DNA of 64,000 bases from NCBI GenBank assembly GCA_964247055.1, contig OZ176058.1, forward strand, positions 1,860,001 through 1,924,000, read 5' to 3'. A program made the position numbers and the translations under genes. The DNA is from Paragordius varius. Taxonomy: Eukaryota; Animalia; Nematomorpha. This document shows, one piece after another, positions 26,686 through 64,000 of the stretch (position 1 is the stretch's first letter; each line of letters opens with the position of its first letter). Below the pieces are notes generated by a model. That model was not told the DNA's origin and did not search any database. It saw only the letters and a program-made list of their open reading frames with translations.

Positions 26686-26875
26686 TTAAAACATTAAACT
26701 ATAAAATATTTAAAAGGTAGTTGTAATATTTTATATTTGTCATATTGGAAACATACATACATTTTCACAACTTATTTTTTTAAACTGAATCGTGGTTTTT
26801 AAAGCAATTATATTTTTTACTTTTTAACCAAAATAGACACCAAAAATACAATAAATATCACCTAATATTATCTTA

Positions 26876-51292
<24,417 letters not shown>

Positions 51293-52781
51293 GTTTATAA
51301 TCGATAATAAAAAAATATATTTTATGCACAAAATCACAGGAGAAGGGATCCCTAAAATCACCAAAATTATCTTTTTTTGTACATTTTTTTCAAAAAAATT
51401 TATATATAATTGTTTTGTCTAGCATTCCATATTTTAGCCTATTATTATATTACTCTGCATAATTTTTTACTTATTAACTTTAGATTCTACATATTTTAAT
51501 TATATTGTTACATGTGAATTTTAAAAATTTTCATATACTATATTTAATATATTTCTGTGATTGAGATTTATTTTTTGCAATGTTTCTTTATCAAATTAAA
51601 ACTTTTGTGGGCATCAAACATTATATATGATAATATATTATATAAATGTATATATTTTGGGTATGCATAATTTGGAAAACGGAATTTTTTGTGTGTTTAA
51701 ATTCAAGAAGTCCTACTCTTTTATTATTGTTATTGGCAAATAAAATATGAATAAAAAAAATAAAATGATTTATCAAATTTATATTTTTGTATCGCAAACT
51801 TTGTCCACATAATAATCAAAATGAAGCTCTTCAAAACATTCATATATCAACACAACACGAGATCTCTTATGGGATTATATTTCAACCTCGAAATCTCTAC
51901 AGGCCCATTCAATTTTTTCCTTTATTTGCACGAAACTAATTATTTGTCCTAATTTCTTTTCGTGATTATTTACTATATAGCTGTTCCAAAAAAAACACCA
52001 TTTAAAACTGTCTACTCTTTGCAACAAATTATTGTATACAATGTATGATCATTTATCCCCTATCAACATACAATTTACATGCACGTTCTGAATTATTAGT
52101 GAGAGTTCTCGATACAATAAATTTGATAAACTTTATTATTATTTAGATTTTAGCTAAAATATTATTTTTGATTTGATGTTATTTCTTTTATGAATGTTTG
52201 TTGAAAAAAACAGTATTAACTGAAAATTAATATAATATATGCGCTACTTTTGCGCGTTTCGATATGGAGCGATTTAATTTAAAGTCATGCATCCTTTATT
52301 TATTTATTTTCGTTAAATGGGTATAAATATTTGTTAAAGAATGGAAAAAACAAGAACTCTATGCTAATTCTTATACTTTTTTAATGAAAACGATATTGTT
52401 AATACCATATAGCTCTTGTTTTTTTCCATTCTTTACCAAATAAATATACCCATTTGACGGAAAAAAATAATTATTGATAAAATAAAGGATACATGACTGT
52501 ATAATATACTCGTAAGCCCCAAAAGCACAATGAATATCATATATTTTGTTGGAATTTATATGTAAGATTATTAAAAAAATGTTTAGTTTTGTTGGAGAAG
52601 CCTTGAGTTTAATTAAATGTCACAGTTTTTAATGACTTTCAACTCGCATATATAAACCAAATTATATACAAAAACGTATGTAACATAAATACATTTATTT
52701 GATTAAATTAACAACTGACTATGTATGAATGATAAATATATTTATATTAATTTAAATCAAATATAATTTTGGGGTTTTTGA

Positions 52782-55700
52782 TTAGGCAGATGGAATAAGA
52801 GATAAGGTAATCACTCTATCTCCAGTATCTTTGAACTAAAATATTAAATTTTTCATTAATGAGAGTCAAAAATTATATAGGATAACTTAGAAAAATACAA
52901 TTATATATTAATATGGTATCTATTGTAAGATGTGTAAAAATAATTGAAAGATATAGAGTTTAAAAATTCAAAGATAAATATATATTTTTTATAAGACAAA
53001 CATACTTTTTAAAAAAAATTTCTAAACATAAATTAAATTATACCTAACAGTCCATTATATATTTCAAATTCGTTATATTATGATTGTCTAAGCTCTAAGG
53101 GGCTGTTTTTTTAAATATTTGTCTTTAATTTTTATATAATATTTCATTTTTAACTCTTTAAATAAATATATTTTAAGATATGGTTAAAAAACTAATTTTT
53201 TTATGACATAATGTAATATTATCCATAAAACTTTTTTATCGCAAAATGGAAAAACAATTATCGTAAAAAAATATACAGACAAAATAAAAAGGATAAATAA
53301 ATATTTCATCGAAAAAAACCATAAAAGCTTGATTTTCCCTCTAAGCTATGTATAATTCCAAATTTTAATTATAAAAAATTGAGTCTTGTAATAAATTTAC
53401 ACCTCTATTTCCTATTTTGCTAAACAAAACGATAAAATATATTTATAAAATAATCAATATTTTAAAACATTTGATTACTAAAAAAATGCATAAAAATGTA
53501 AATTCAAAGCATTTTTTAATATTAATAAGCAAAACTTGATTTTTTGGGTATATTTGTAATTAATTATTATAATTTTTATATTGTTTTTTACAAAGATTAC
53601 CTTTGCAATGAGAGAAAATTTATAAATTTTTAATAAATCAAATATACCATTTCCCAGTCTAAATAAACGTTTTCCTAGTCAATCGAAACATTTTCCCAAT
53701 CAATCGAAACGTTTTCTCAGTCTATCGAAACGTTTTCCCAGTCAATCGAAACATTTTCCCAGTCAATCAAAACATTTTCCCAGTCAATAAAAACATTTTC
53801 CCAGTCAATAAAAACATTTTCCCAATCTATAAAAACGTTTTCCCAGTCAATAAAAACGGTTTTATTTTTTATGATAAAGTTACTTTTAACCATTATCAGC
53901 GTAATATTAGGATATTATTTTTTTATAAAAACACAATTATTGAATGACAATTTTTCAAATATATTCCAATGCACAATCATTAATGACTTATATTTTAAAA
54001 ATTAAATTTTTGGAATTTGAGATGTTTTAAAGATAATATTTTTTATTTTATTAATGGTTCGCATTAGTATTTGCCGAACGCTTCAAAACAGTTTTTAAAC
54101 ATGCCAAGTTTTTCCATAAAAATACTGTCGGAAAAAATATCTAAACAAAATATTTTTCGATAAAAATGTTTTTAATTTAAAAATATTTAATAAAAAGATA
54201 TTTGACTAAAACAGGAGTGTCTAACCAAATGGCTTTGCGGGTCGCATTACTCAAAAAGCACGGCGTTCCGCATTCGATATATTTTAATAAATAATTTGAT
54301 TAGACATAAGACTGTAAAATACATAATAATAACATTTTTTTAATTTTTTACCAATTTCTCATTCAGAATAATATTTTTTAAGTTAGCCGCAAATAATGCG
54401 AACTATCAATAAAATAAAAAATATTATTAAAAATATCTCAAATTCCAAAAATATAATTTTAAACAATAGTCATTAATGATTGTGCAGTGGAATTATTTGA
54501 AAAATTGTCATTCAATAATTGTGTTTTTATAAAAAAATAATATCCTAATATTACGCTGATAATGGTTAAAAGTAAATTTATCATAAAAAATAAAACCGTT
54601 TTTATTGACTGGGAAAACGTTTTTATTGATTGGGAAAATGTTTTTATTGACTGGGAAAATGTTTCGATTGACTGGGAAAACGTTTCGATAGACTGGGAAA
54701 ACGTTTCGAATGACTGGGAAAACGTTTCGATTGATTGGGAAAATGTTTCGATTGACTGGGAAAACGTTTTAGACTGGGAAATGGTATATTACTATATTTT
54801 AAATAATTTTAATAAATATGGTACTTCAATCTTTAAGGGGTTCGCCGGAGTCACGGTTGCTTTCAAGTCAAATTGATCGGTTGATTCTTATAAATTTGAA
54901 TACACAGTAAAATATAAATCATACAAAAAAAAGACATTTATTTCAAAAGAAACTATTTTCCTAAACATTAATTTTTTATCTATATGATTGTAAAATTTGC
55001 AATTAATTTATATCTCTATTTCACACTTTCATTAACAATCTTATAACTAAAATAATAAATTCAAAAAAGTACTTAAGAGCTGTCTTATAAATAAAAAATT
55101 TTTTTGAATTTATTATCTACGTTTTTTATCAGTGTATAACTATCAATGTTTTTCCTTTAATCAATTTTTTGTAAATAATAATAAGTAAAGATGTGAAACC
55201 AAAAATTTACTAATGTTAACTCAAAAGTGCCTACCTTTTGCAAATGTGATTGGGGCAACCAATGGTGGTGGGTTCTCATTAACTTTCCAAACAAACTTAT
55301 TTGCTCCGCTAGAAAAAGCTATAAGTACATAAGTAGAATATATAATAAATTTTTTTAGATATAATGGAACTGGAATAGTTTTAGGTTTTAATTTTCATTT
55401 CACAAAATATTTTATATTCATAAAGGATACAAAATTAATTCTTTCTGTTATGCACTTATTTATAAAATGAGTATTTATCTGAGCTGATAAAAATGTTCAG
55501 CATTATCCATCTTAAAGCGTTTTTATACAGTTTCCATCATGCTTTAAAATAGTTGCAGGCTTCAACAAAATTTCGTTAAAATTAATTAAATAATACATTC
55601 GGAATAAACTTATTTGATGTCAATATTTATCATATATCAAATATCTATTGTACAATTGCATTTTTACGTTATGTTAAGAGAAGTAGATCATTAGAGCAGG

Positions 55701-57004
55701 GCAAATTTTTAGACTTTTGGATATCATAGTTCTAATAATTAACATTTTATAAATGTGTTTTGCTTTATATATGGAGTTGGTGATATATGTAATAATTATT
55801 ATTCATATGAAGCATTTGGCTTTCACAAAAAAAATTCTATAGAGCAGTTGTCACAAAAGGGCATATAACTAACTCTTTAAACCACCTATGTATCTAATAA
55901 AAGGCAAATATGTAACTATACTGTGCATATACCCTTTTAACCTCCTAAACTAAAGCCCATTCTATAAATACTGTGCTAACTACTGTAATATTCAGCATTT
56001 TTAAAACAGTAAAAGTTTAAATATTTAAGTTTTAAAGATAAACTTGCACTGCCAGCATATATACGAATTCTCATTGTTAAAAGACAGTTTGTTCGCCAGG
56101 CTGTGATTGTAGCGCTTCCGCCATTCATAAAGGAGTAACTATTAGCCCCTTTCATCTCCCTACCATTGAATTTGCATGTTCCTTCATATAAAACGTTTAC
56201 ACTAATAACAGACTACAATTAAGCCTGAACCTCAAGCTCATATCATCATCATGATGGATAAAATAAAATAAAAGATAAAAGTACAGTAAAAATTAAAATA
56301 CTACAGACACCACAAACGCAAAAAAAATCATAAAACATTTTTTATACATAAAGATAACCATATGTTACCTTGAGCTGTTTAAACATAAATCATCGTGTTG
56401 AATCAAAGTATGTAGAGATGTAAATTGGTAATAATCTTATGTATAACTCATTTTAAAGCACATTTTTCATCACACTTTAAATATTAAAATTATTCCATTT
56501 ATGTATTTTATATTTGAAAAAATAAACATTTATAAATTTATATTTGATCTGCTATTGCCTAATATGGAGTTTATTTTTAAATTCATATATAAAAAATCAT
56601 CCATTCTATATGCAAAAAATTAATATTTGATGTTATCTTAACTAAATATATTAATTAGAGTCATGTATCCTTTATTAAAATTTATTTTTTTGCATTAAAT
56701 GGGTATAAATATTTGGCAAAGAATGGAAAAAACAAGAGCTCTATGATAATTCAATTTTTTTGATGAATATGATATTGTTAATACCATAGAGCTCTCGTTT
56801 TTACCACTCTTTATACCCATTTAACTTAAAAAATTAATTTTTGGTATAAAGGATACATGACTGTAATTGGTTTCGTAATTCGGTGTTAAAATCTTAACCA
56901 TAAATAACTTTAAAACCTTCAATAGTAGATAAAAAGCTGAGTGTTCCAATCAATGCTAAGATCATAATTGCCATCATTTTTATACAAGTTGTTTGATTTG
57001 CCAT
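52782..57004 (-). CDS. Hypothetical small secreted protein (5 exons, 154 aa)
   Basis: Minus-strand exons 57004-56909, 56212-56044, 55318-55235, 54886-54825, 52835-52782 join with GT-AG introns into one ATG-to-TAA frame of 465 nt. Exon 1 encodes a signal-peptide-like segment (MANQTTCIKMMAIMILALIGTLSFLSTIEG). The exons are GC-richer islands in AT-rich flanks. The exact exon-1 and exon-2 donors and the exon-3 acceptor were chosen for frame consistency; alternatives exist. No homologue recognised. Confidence 0.65.
53643..54788. mobile_element. TIR/foldback element family E: TATA|CCATTTCC ends, 21-bp unit TTTTCCCAGTCAATCGAAACG, ~440-bp arms
   Basis: About nine units at each end in inverted orientation; the inverted similarity continues inward to ~54085/54380; TATA on both flanks. 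Confidence 0.92.
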
Positions 57005-58522
57005 TTTTTGTATTCTAAATTTTGCATACAAATATGTAGGTAATTATGAGATCTCATTCATCAAATACAGTGAAAATTAAAATTATACGAACATAACGTT
57101 AAACTTGAAATTTTTACAAGAACCACATCAAACTTTGATTTTTCTAGGATACGATTTAAAATAAAATTGAATGCATTACCACTTCGATTCACATTAAAGT
57201 ATATAAATATCCCAACAATATTTAAGTTGATATATTTAAACTTTGAACAAGCAAATTTGAATCTATGCTTCTATCCTCTAATAAAAATATATAAATATGT
57301 CATAATATCTAATATTAAGTTTTGAAAATAAGTTCCATATAAAACTATTTCGACGCCACTTTTATTTTACAATATTTTTGCAAAATATCGTGTTTATTTG
57401 ATTTTAAGCGTAAAATTAAATTTCTTTTTTATAAAAATCCCATTTAACACTGATATCAAAAAAAGTGGTATATTTTGCATTATTTCTATATTTTATGGAC
57501 AAATTTTATATTCACTTAAATTTTACCTTTGGGTTTTATCTCTGAATAAGTATGATCAATTATTTTCGATGAATAAATAATTTTCGATTTTTTAATGTTA
57601 TATAAGTTCAAAACTTCTGCCATGGTGTCAATTTATTCCATTATAACTAATTTTTAACAAGCCTGGGGTATTTAACTACCCCAATTTTAATAGGACTGAA
57701 ATGAATGTATTGTCAACTGTTAAGACCTACATCTCTATTACCTATTATTAACTATAACTGATAATTTAAAAAAATAAGGTTCAAAAAAGATGGTTGTCTT
57801 TTAGAAAGAATAATTGTATTTTAGTGTTTACGAGGCCCTAATTTCAATTTTATTTTAAATAAACTTAAGTTTTTGATTATACAATTTAAATTCACCCTTG
57901 TAAAAATCAAATTAACCCTATATATTATGTATTTTCAATCTTAAATAACTTATCATTATAATGAAATATATTTGACATATTAGTTTTAAATAAAATTTTA
58001 TATTCTAAAAAATTAAATAATAAAGGTAATTTTTAATCTTAAATAACACATTTCAAGGGTTAATTTGTATGGTTCAAGGTTGAATATGAATTGTTTAAGG
58101 GTAAATTTGAACTCTAAATGGTATATATGCTTATATGAATAAACTGTACTCTCCAAATTAAAATAGTATAATTTATATACCTAGAGATATGTGAATAAAT
58201 AGATGATGAAAAATATGTGTAACAAATATAATGAAATTTTTTTAAGTGTGGCAATTTGTAACTTTTACAGTTAATATATAATATAGATTTTAGGCTAGTC
58301 ATGCTTTTCTTCAAACTTAATTTAGTTCCAAAAATTAGCTAATTTTCTGAAAATTAAAAACATTTCTAAAAAATTTAGCCTACGAATTGTGCGAAAAAAA
58401 CGTTGATTCATGAAAATGTTCAGTATTGTGTAAACAAATGTATAGAAAGATATTATTTCATTACAAAGCAAAATAAACAAAAAATTTTATCGAAAAAGGG
58501 TTTACTAAATAGTTTATTTTAA

Positions 58523-59200
58523 CACCTGGATACAATACAGTATTTTAGTCCTTCTATTCGAATTGGGGTAGTTAAATACCCCAGGCCTATTTAAAATTAA
58601 ATTCTTTAAAAAAATGGAAGGAATCAAAACCATGAAAAATTTTGCACTTATATAATATTATTAAACCCAAATATATAAAAAAATATTCAAAAATATTTGA
58701 TATTACTTATTTTAAACTAAAACCCAAAGGTGAAAATTTAGTCAACGTGACATGTGTCCAATGATAAATTTAAAAATAATACAAAATAAACCGCTTTTTC
58801 TATTTCCATCAATGTTAGATGTAATTTATATAAAAAATTACATCTATCATTATCCTTAATGAATGTAGACGATATTTTGCAAAAATATTGTAAAATAAAA
58901 ATGGCGTCGAAGTAGTTTGACGAATTTTTTTTCAAAACAAAATTTTATTTAGATATTTGGCATATATATATGATTTTTATTAGGATAGAGGCATATATTG
59001 GGATCGTTATCTTCCGTAGTTTTTTAAAAATCCTAACTGAAATTCAGTCTGGGGTATTTAGCTGGGGGCCTAATTCAAAAAAGGCGAAGCTATTGTCGGG
59101 GCCTTCATTAATGATTATATTTTTTGACATTTGGATTTGAATGGCTCTACCTGTTTTCCGAAACGGATTACAAAGCCAGCATTTTCCATTTTTATAAATA
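58523..59200. mobile_element. Family G copy 3 fused to a family H fragment
   Basis: TTAA|CACCTGGATAC start; follows G to ggggtatttag (~59061), then matches 8025-8165. Confidence 0.8.
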
Positions 59201-59334
59201 ATTATAATGATCGGAAAAGAAATGCTGGTATAAACAGTCTTTCCGAACCAGAATATTTTATCATATACTACGATAATTGGGAACAATATTTTTAAAATTT
59301 AAAAAACATTTTTTGTAAAATTGTATTTTTATCA

Positions 59335-59401
59335 CTTGCGACCCCATAATTTTGATACGCGAAACCAAATGGGGTCGCGACCCATAGTTTAAAAAGCCCT
59401 G
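59335..59401. mobile_element. hAT (Charlie-like) terminus fragment
   Basis: ggggtcgcgacccatagtttaaaaagccctg; the reverse complement CAGGGCTTTTTAAACTATGGGTCGCGACCCC resembles typical hAT MITE ends. Other hAT-like ends at ~12105-12146, 8260-8275, 60334-60352, 63152-63300. Confidence 0.55.
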
Positions 59402-59475
59402 ATATACTATATAATATTGTGATTGGTTAAAAAACTATGGTTGTTTTTTTTTTAAAAAATATATTTGCTTTTAGT

Positions 59476-59506
<31 letters not shown>

Positions 59507-59999
59507 ATAATTTCAATTATTATTGTATGCGTAACTTTTCATTACCTTTTGGAATAAATACCCCTAAACTCTAGTCAATTAGAAATAGTATGGATATTAA
59601 AAATAATAATATTTAAAGCTGTTTTGTATCCTACGTTTTTATCTTTACGAAAGCGTGAAAATTTAAGTTATCTAATCTTCAAATAATTGGATAATTTAAT
59701 AAAAAATAAATAATGTTTTATTTTGTTACCAAATTAAAGAGATCTGAATAATAAAATGTTTAGAAAACTAATTGAACTGCAAATTAAACTCACCTTGCCT
59801 AATAAAATATGACAATTAAAATCCAATAAAGAACTGGAAACAACCCCAAAAAATTCATGCACATAGTTAGTTACCTCTTCCCAAATTTCGAATTTTTAAA
59901 CTGATGTTTAACTAAATAAAATATATGATATAAAGGTATAGGTATAAATGAGTTTTGGAGAAATATATAACTCGGTCTTATATACTTTTGAGTTATCCC

Positions 60000-60425
60000 C
60001 CTCATGTGTGTCCTTAATACATGGTTTATGTGTGATAATCTCGTTAAATTGTGATGTTTGCTTAAGTATATATATATATATATATATAAAAATAGATATT
60101 GGGTATTTTTTTATTTTTAAATTAAGGGGTGGTCTTGTCAAGGTTTGTAAGTCAAATCAATAACTATGTAAGTATATAAGTTAGTAGGCTTATGCATTGC
60201 ATGAGAAATAAAACATTTGAGTAAATATAAATCTAAAAATATACACACATATTTATAAAGTAAGAAAGATAAAAATCAAAATAGTTATTGTAAATCATTT
60301 AGTATATTTAATAAATCATGGGGCTTAAAATAAAGGGTGTCCAACATTCGGCCTACAAAAAATATTTAACAGCCCATGAAAAGGAAAAGAAACGAAAAAT
60401 ATGCAATATTTGATCATTTAAAAAT
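60000..60425. repeat. ~430-bp segment duplicated in direct orientation at 61585-62005
   Basis: Shared colinear blocks: ggtttatgtgtgataatct, aaaatagatattgggta, caaatcaataact, gcttatgcattg, acatttgagtaaatat, aatagttattgtaaatcattt, aatcatggggctta, aaggaaaagaaacga. Confidence 0.85.
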
Positions 60426-63077
60426 ACCTTAGTAATATAATATAACAATTGTTTCTGCCACTCGAGTTTTTTGCATTTTCTGAAAACAGCTGAAATAAAA
60501 ATTATCATTTCACTTAAGTTTATAATTAAATAATATTATGCGCCCTCTTTACAAAACTTTTAAAAAGTATACAACATATGCCCATATGAAAGATATCAAT
60601 TGAAAATGTATTGAAAATTTTATAAAATGCGTACTAATATGTTTTACATCGATTAAAATGAACATAGGAAGCGAGAAACCCGCGAAGTGAAATCATTTTT
60701 CTCTTTAAAACTAATGTATGAACTCAAACTTTTTTCAATGAATGACTAATAAAGATAACACAAGAAAGTTTTTATTAAAACACTTAATTTGTTTTTGTGT
60801 CATTCAAAACAGTCATTTTTATTTCGTTTTTAAGAAAAATTACCATCTCATGAATAGTAATTTATTGAATACATGTAATTTCAAAAATTCAAAGACTAAT
60901 AATATAGGTTAAGGTATTCTTAATCATTAATTATTAAATTTACAGTTAAAACTATAAATTTTATAGGCAATAGAATTTTGATAATAATAATTTTTATTGA
61001 AAAAGCAAACCAAAAACTTTTGATATATTTTTTTAAAATTTAAAATAATGTAACACCAATAATTATATTATATTAATTTATATGATTTTTAAATTATTTT
61101 TTTTGAATATTTTGACTTATTTAAGGGTATAAAATTTTAACCATAACCCAAATAATTTTTACATCAGATTGTTTTAAATGACAGACTACCATTCGAAAGA
61201 TACATTTTCTTGCGCTCTTTAAAATGATATACAATATATAGCTTTATTTACAAAAATGTTAATTTTAAAAATTTTGAGTTTAATGTTAAATCAAGGACAC
61301 AAATCCTCTATAAACTATGATAAAATAAATTCTTAGGTGTTAAACCAATTTTTTTTAAATATAATATTTATATACTTTAATAAAATAAATTTTATATTCA
61401 TAAGAATGGCAGTTAAAAAAATTCAAAATTTGTTGTCTAGTGTAATTTATTTGGAACCATTTTTTTCCAATAATAATTTATTTGTGTTAAAACTACTTTA
61501 TATCATTAATTGGTAGATTAAGAGATTGGTTTTTTCTATATAAATAATTTTTGGAAAAATATAATATACTTTTGAATTAAAACCCCCCTTCCCTTTCAAG
61601 TGTCATTAATAAATGGTTTATGTGTGATAATCTTGAATTATGTTATTTTAAATATTTATAATAATAATAGAATGATCCTAGTTTAGAAATATATAAAAAT
61701 AGATATTGGGTAAGTTTTTTATTTTTAAATAAGAAGTACCAAATCAATAACTCACCAAGTAAGTAAATAAGTAAGCTTATGCATTGAATGTTTATAAAAC
61801 ATTTGAGTAAATATGAATCTAAAAATATATCGCGCATAAAATATTTATAATAATGGAGAGGATAAAAATAGTTATTGTAAATCATTTGAGTAAAATAAAT
61901 TAAAATAATCATGGGGCTTACAGTAAAGATGTCCATCCTTCCAAAAATATTTAACATCCCGTGGAAAGGAAAAGAAACGAATATATAACATTTGAGCATT
62001 CAAAAAATTTGGTTCATTTTCAAATATTGTTTTTTAATACTATTCATTCATAATTAAAACTATTTTCTTTATCATAATTTAGTAGATTAGTTAGTAGTTT
62101 TCCCAAAATTCATGTACACTTATACAAATGGTTTTTAATTGATGACCAGCGCCTAAATGATATATTTTGAAATATGGAATGTATGGAGCATTTCAAAAGA
62201 TTGTCTTTATATATAATTAATGTATATAACATGGTGTTTTTGGTATGTCTTACGACTGAGAAAACTATTTAGACTTTTGTGTAAGCGTCCATATCAAAAA
62301 AATGGCAAATTTCACAATTTTTTAAGGTAGGCCCTGCCCAATTGTATTATCTCCATACTTCTTTTACAATAAACAAAAAATAATGCCGAGGCGCAATATA
62401 AAATTAAAATATATAAATTTTGAAATCAAATAAAAATTTTTTAGAAAAACGGATATTTGGATTATAAAAAAATTTGGGGAAGCGATTTTCATGGTCTTCA
62501 TAAGCATGAGGAAACGGTATTAGAACATTTGTTTTTAAATACTTTTTTTGATTTGATCTATCACTTCAAAACTGTTCTCATATGGATTTTTTTAAAACTA
62601 TTTATATTTAACATTAATTAGAAGACAAACCAAATTAGTAACATCATTTTTTTATATAGAAAAGATGTTGTTATAATATTTTAAAGTGTGATACCGTTTT
62701 TATCAGGCCTCATAATAAAGACTGCTTTAACATTTTGTAATTAATTTAAACAAAATATAATTCGTAAAAAAATATATATTCTGTTAGATAAACGTAAATA
62801 TACTGTGAATACGCATGGATCTTAAATAGAAGCTGGTTTGACATTCGAGGAGAAAAAAATTAGAGAATCTGAACCCAAATTAAAAAAAAAAATTTAAAAA
62901 TACTTTTGCTTATTATGTAATTTTTCAAATTCTACCAAAAAAATTATTTAACGAAATGTGGGCAAATGTAATTTTCTGATATGTAGCAGTTACCACAGTT
63001 TATATTTAATTAATAATTAGCTCACAATCAAAAGCAACATGATTATCCTGAAGCATTTAGATTTCAGTATTATATAC

Positions 63078-63125
<48 letters not shown>

Positions 63126-64000
63126 TTAGGGTATTTTTTGCGACTATAGCCCAGGGCTTCGAATTGGTTAAACAAGATGAAACCAGGATGTTTAGTAAAA
63201 TTATGAATTTGAAACCGGTGTCGTTCCTAAAATTTAGGTACCGGAACCAGGTTGGTTCCAAGCCAATGAAATCCTACAAAAATCTCAGGAACCGGAATCC
63301 AATTGATGATTTTGGTTCACAGTTCTGAGTTATATTATTGATGTTACATTGCATCCAAAACTATTCTAATTTTAGCCCTATAAAAAAGGCATTTGTACTC
63401 CTTGAACAGTAAATAAATATTATTTATAAATGTCATGTATCAGTAACATTTTTATGTTTGACATAATACTCCTCACATGAAAAATTATTTTAAATTTGCA
63501 AAATTTTATTATGGAGAACCAATCAGCAAAGATACGATATAATGGGGAAATGTTATTGAAACACAAAGGGAAATTAATTTATATACTTGTAAAAGTTATG
63601 GAAGTAAAAATTTTTGATTCTATAGAGACAAAAAAAAGCTAAATTTAGAATTTTTATTTTTGTGTTCTTATGTTATTAAAAGAATATCATTAAGTTAATA
63701 TACTAATTCAGATAATTTAAAATTGTATAGGAAAAATTTAGATATAAAATATTTGTAAAAGAATTTGTTTTTTAGTGTTTACATTATAACTCTGAATTAT
63801 AATTTTTACTTTATATTTAATCAATCGATTTCTTTCATATAATTAGATTAATATAGCCAAAAATCTTTGCATTGTGAACTCAAGCGATAAAAAAATTGTG
63901 ACTGTTCTCCTGAGAAATTAATTTCGAATTACGCTTTTGAAAATATTAATTTATTTTAATTTTAAGTACTTAGGGACTAAATTTTAAAAAAAAATAATCT

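Noticed and set aside
54562-54876. 104-aa ORF with (IDWENVS)n repeats
   Set aside because: It is the translation of the family E subterminal array and overlaps a better-supported minus-strand exon.
55235-55308. Alternative reading EQISLFGKLMRTHHHWLPQSHLQK for the third exon of the orphan gene
   Set aside because: It leads to an immediate stop in the next exon and has less A/T at third codon positions than the GANKFVWK frame; not fully excluded without cDNA.
61643-61999. 118-aa minus-strand ORF as a membrane protein gene
   Set aside because: Its composition (F, I, L, Y, K) is what AT-rich noncoding DNA yields, and the duplicate copy at 60000-60425 has frame-breaking indels.

Overview
Extremely AT-rich, intron-rich eukaryotic (metazoan-type) genomic DNA; not prokaryotic, and the organism cannot be named from the sequence. 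Three spliced genes were reconstructed by hand from GT-AG boundaries with consistent intron phases. (1) The 3' ~914 codons (18 exons, + strand, 1285-21855) of a transmembrane adenylyl cyclase most like the ADCY2/4/7 group; its 5' exons lie upstream of the window. (2) A complete 12-exon GDP-mannose 4,6-dehydratase (gmd/GMDS, + strand, 26876-51292, 377 aa). (3) A convergent 5-exon, 154-aa gene with a signal peptide and no recognised homologue (- strand, 57004-52782). Introns and spacers are filled with non-autonomous DNA-transposon families: TA-flanked CAGT MITEs, TATA-flanked CCATTT elements with 21-bp subterminal arrays, a TTAA-flanked element and hAT-like ends. There are also (TA)n runs and a 20-bp satellite. 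The most unusual structure is in gmd, whose introns grew by tandem duplication of exon-intron junctions: seven extra copies of the exon-4 3' end plus donor, several copies of the exon-3 acceptor, and a mimic of the exon-8 start. Most ORFs in the supplied track are artefacts of repeats. Exon coordinates were counted by hand; repeat boundaries are approximate.
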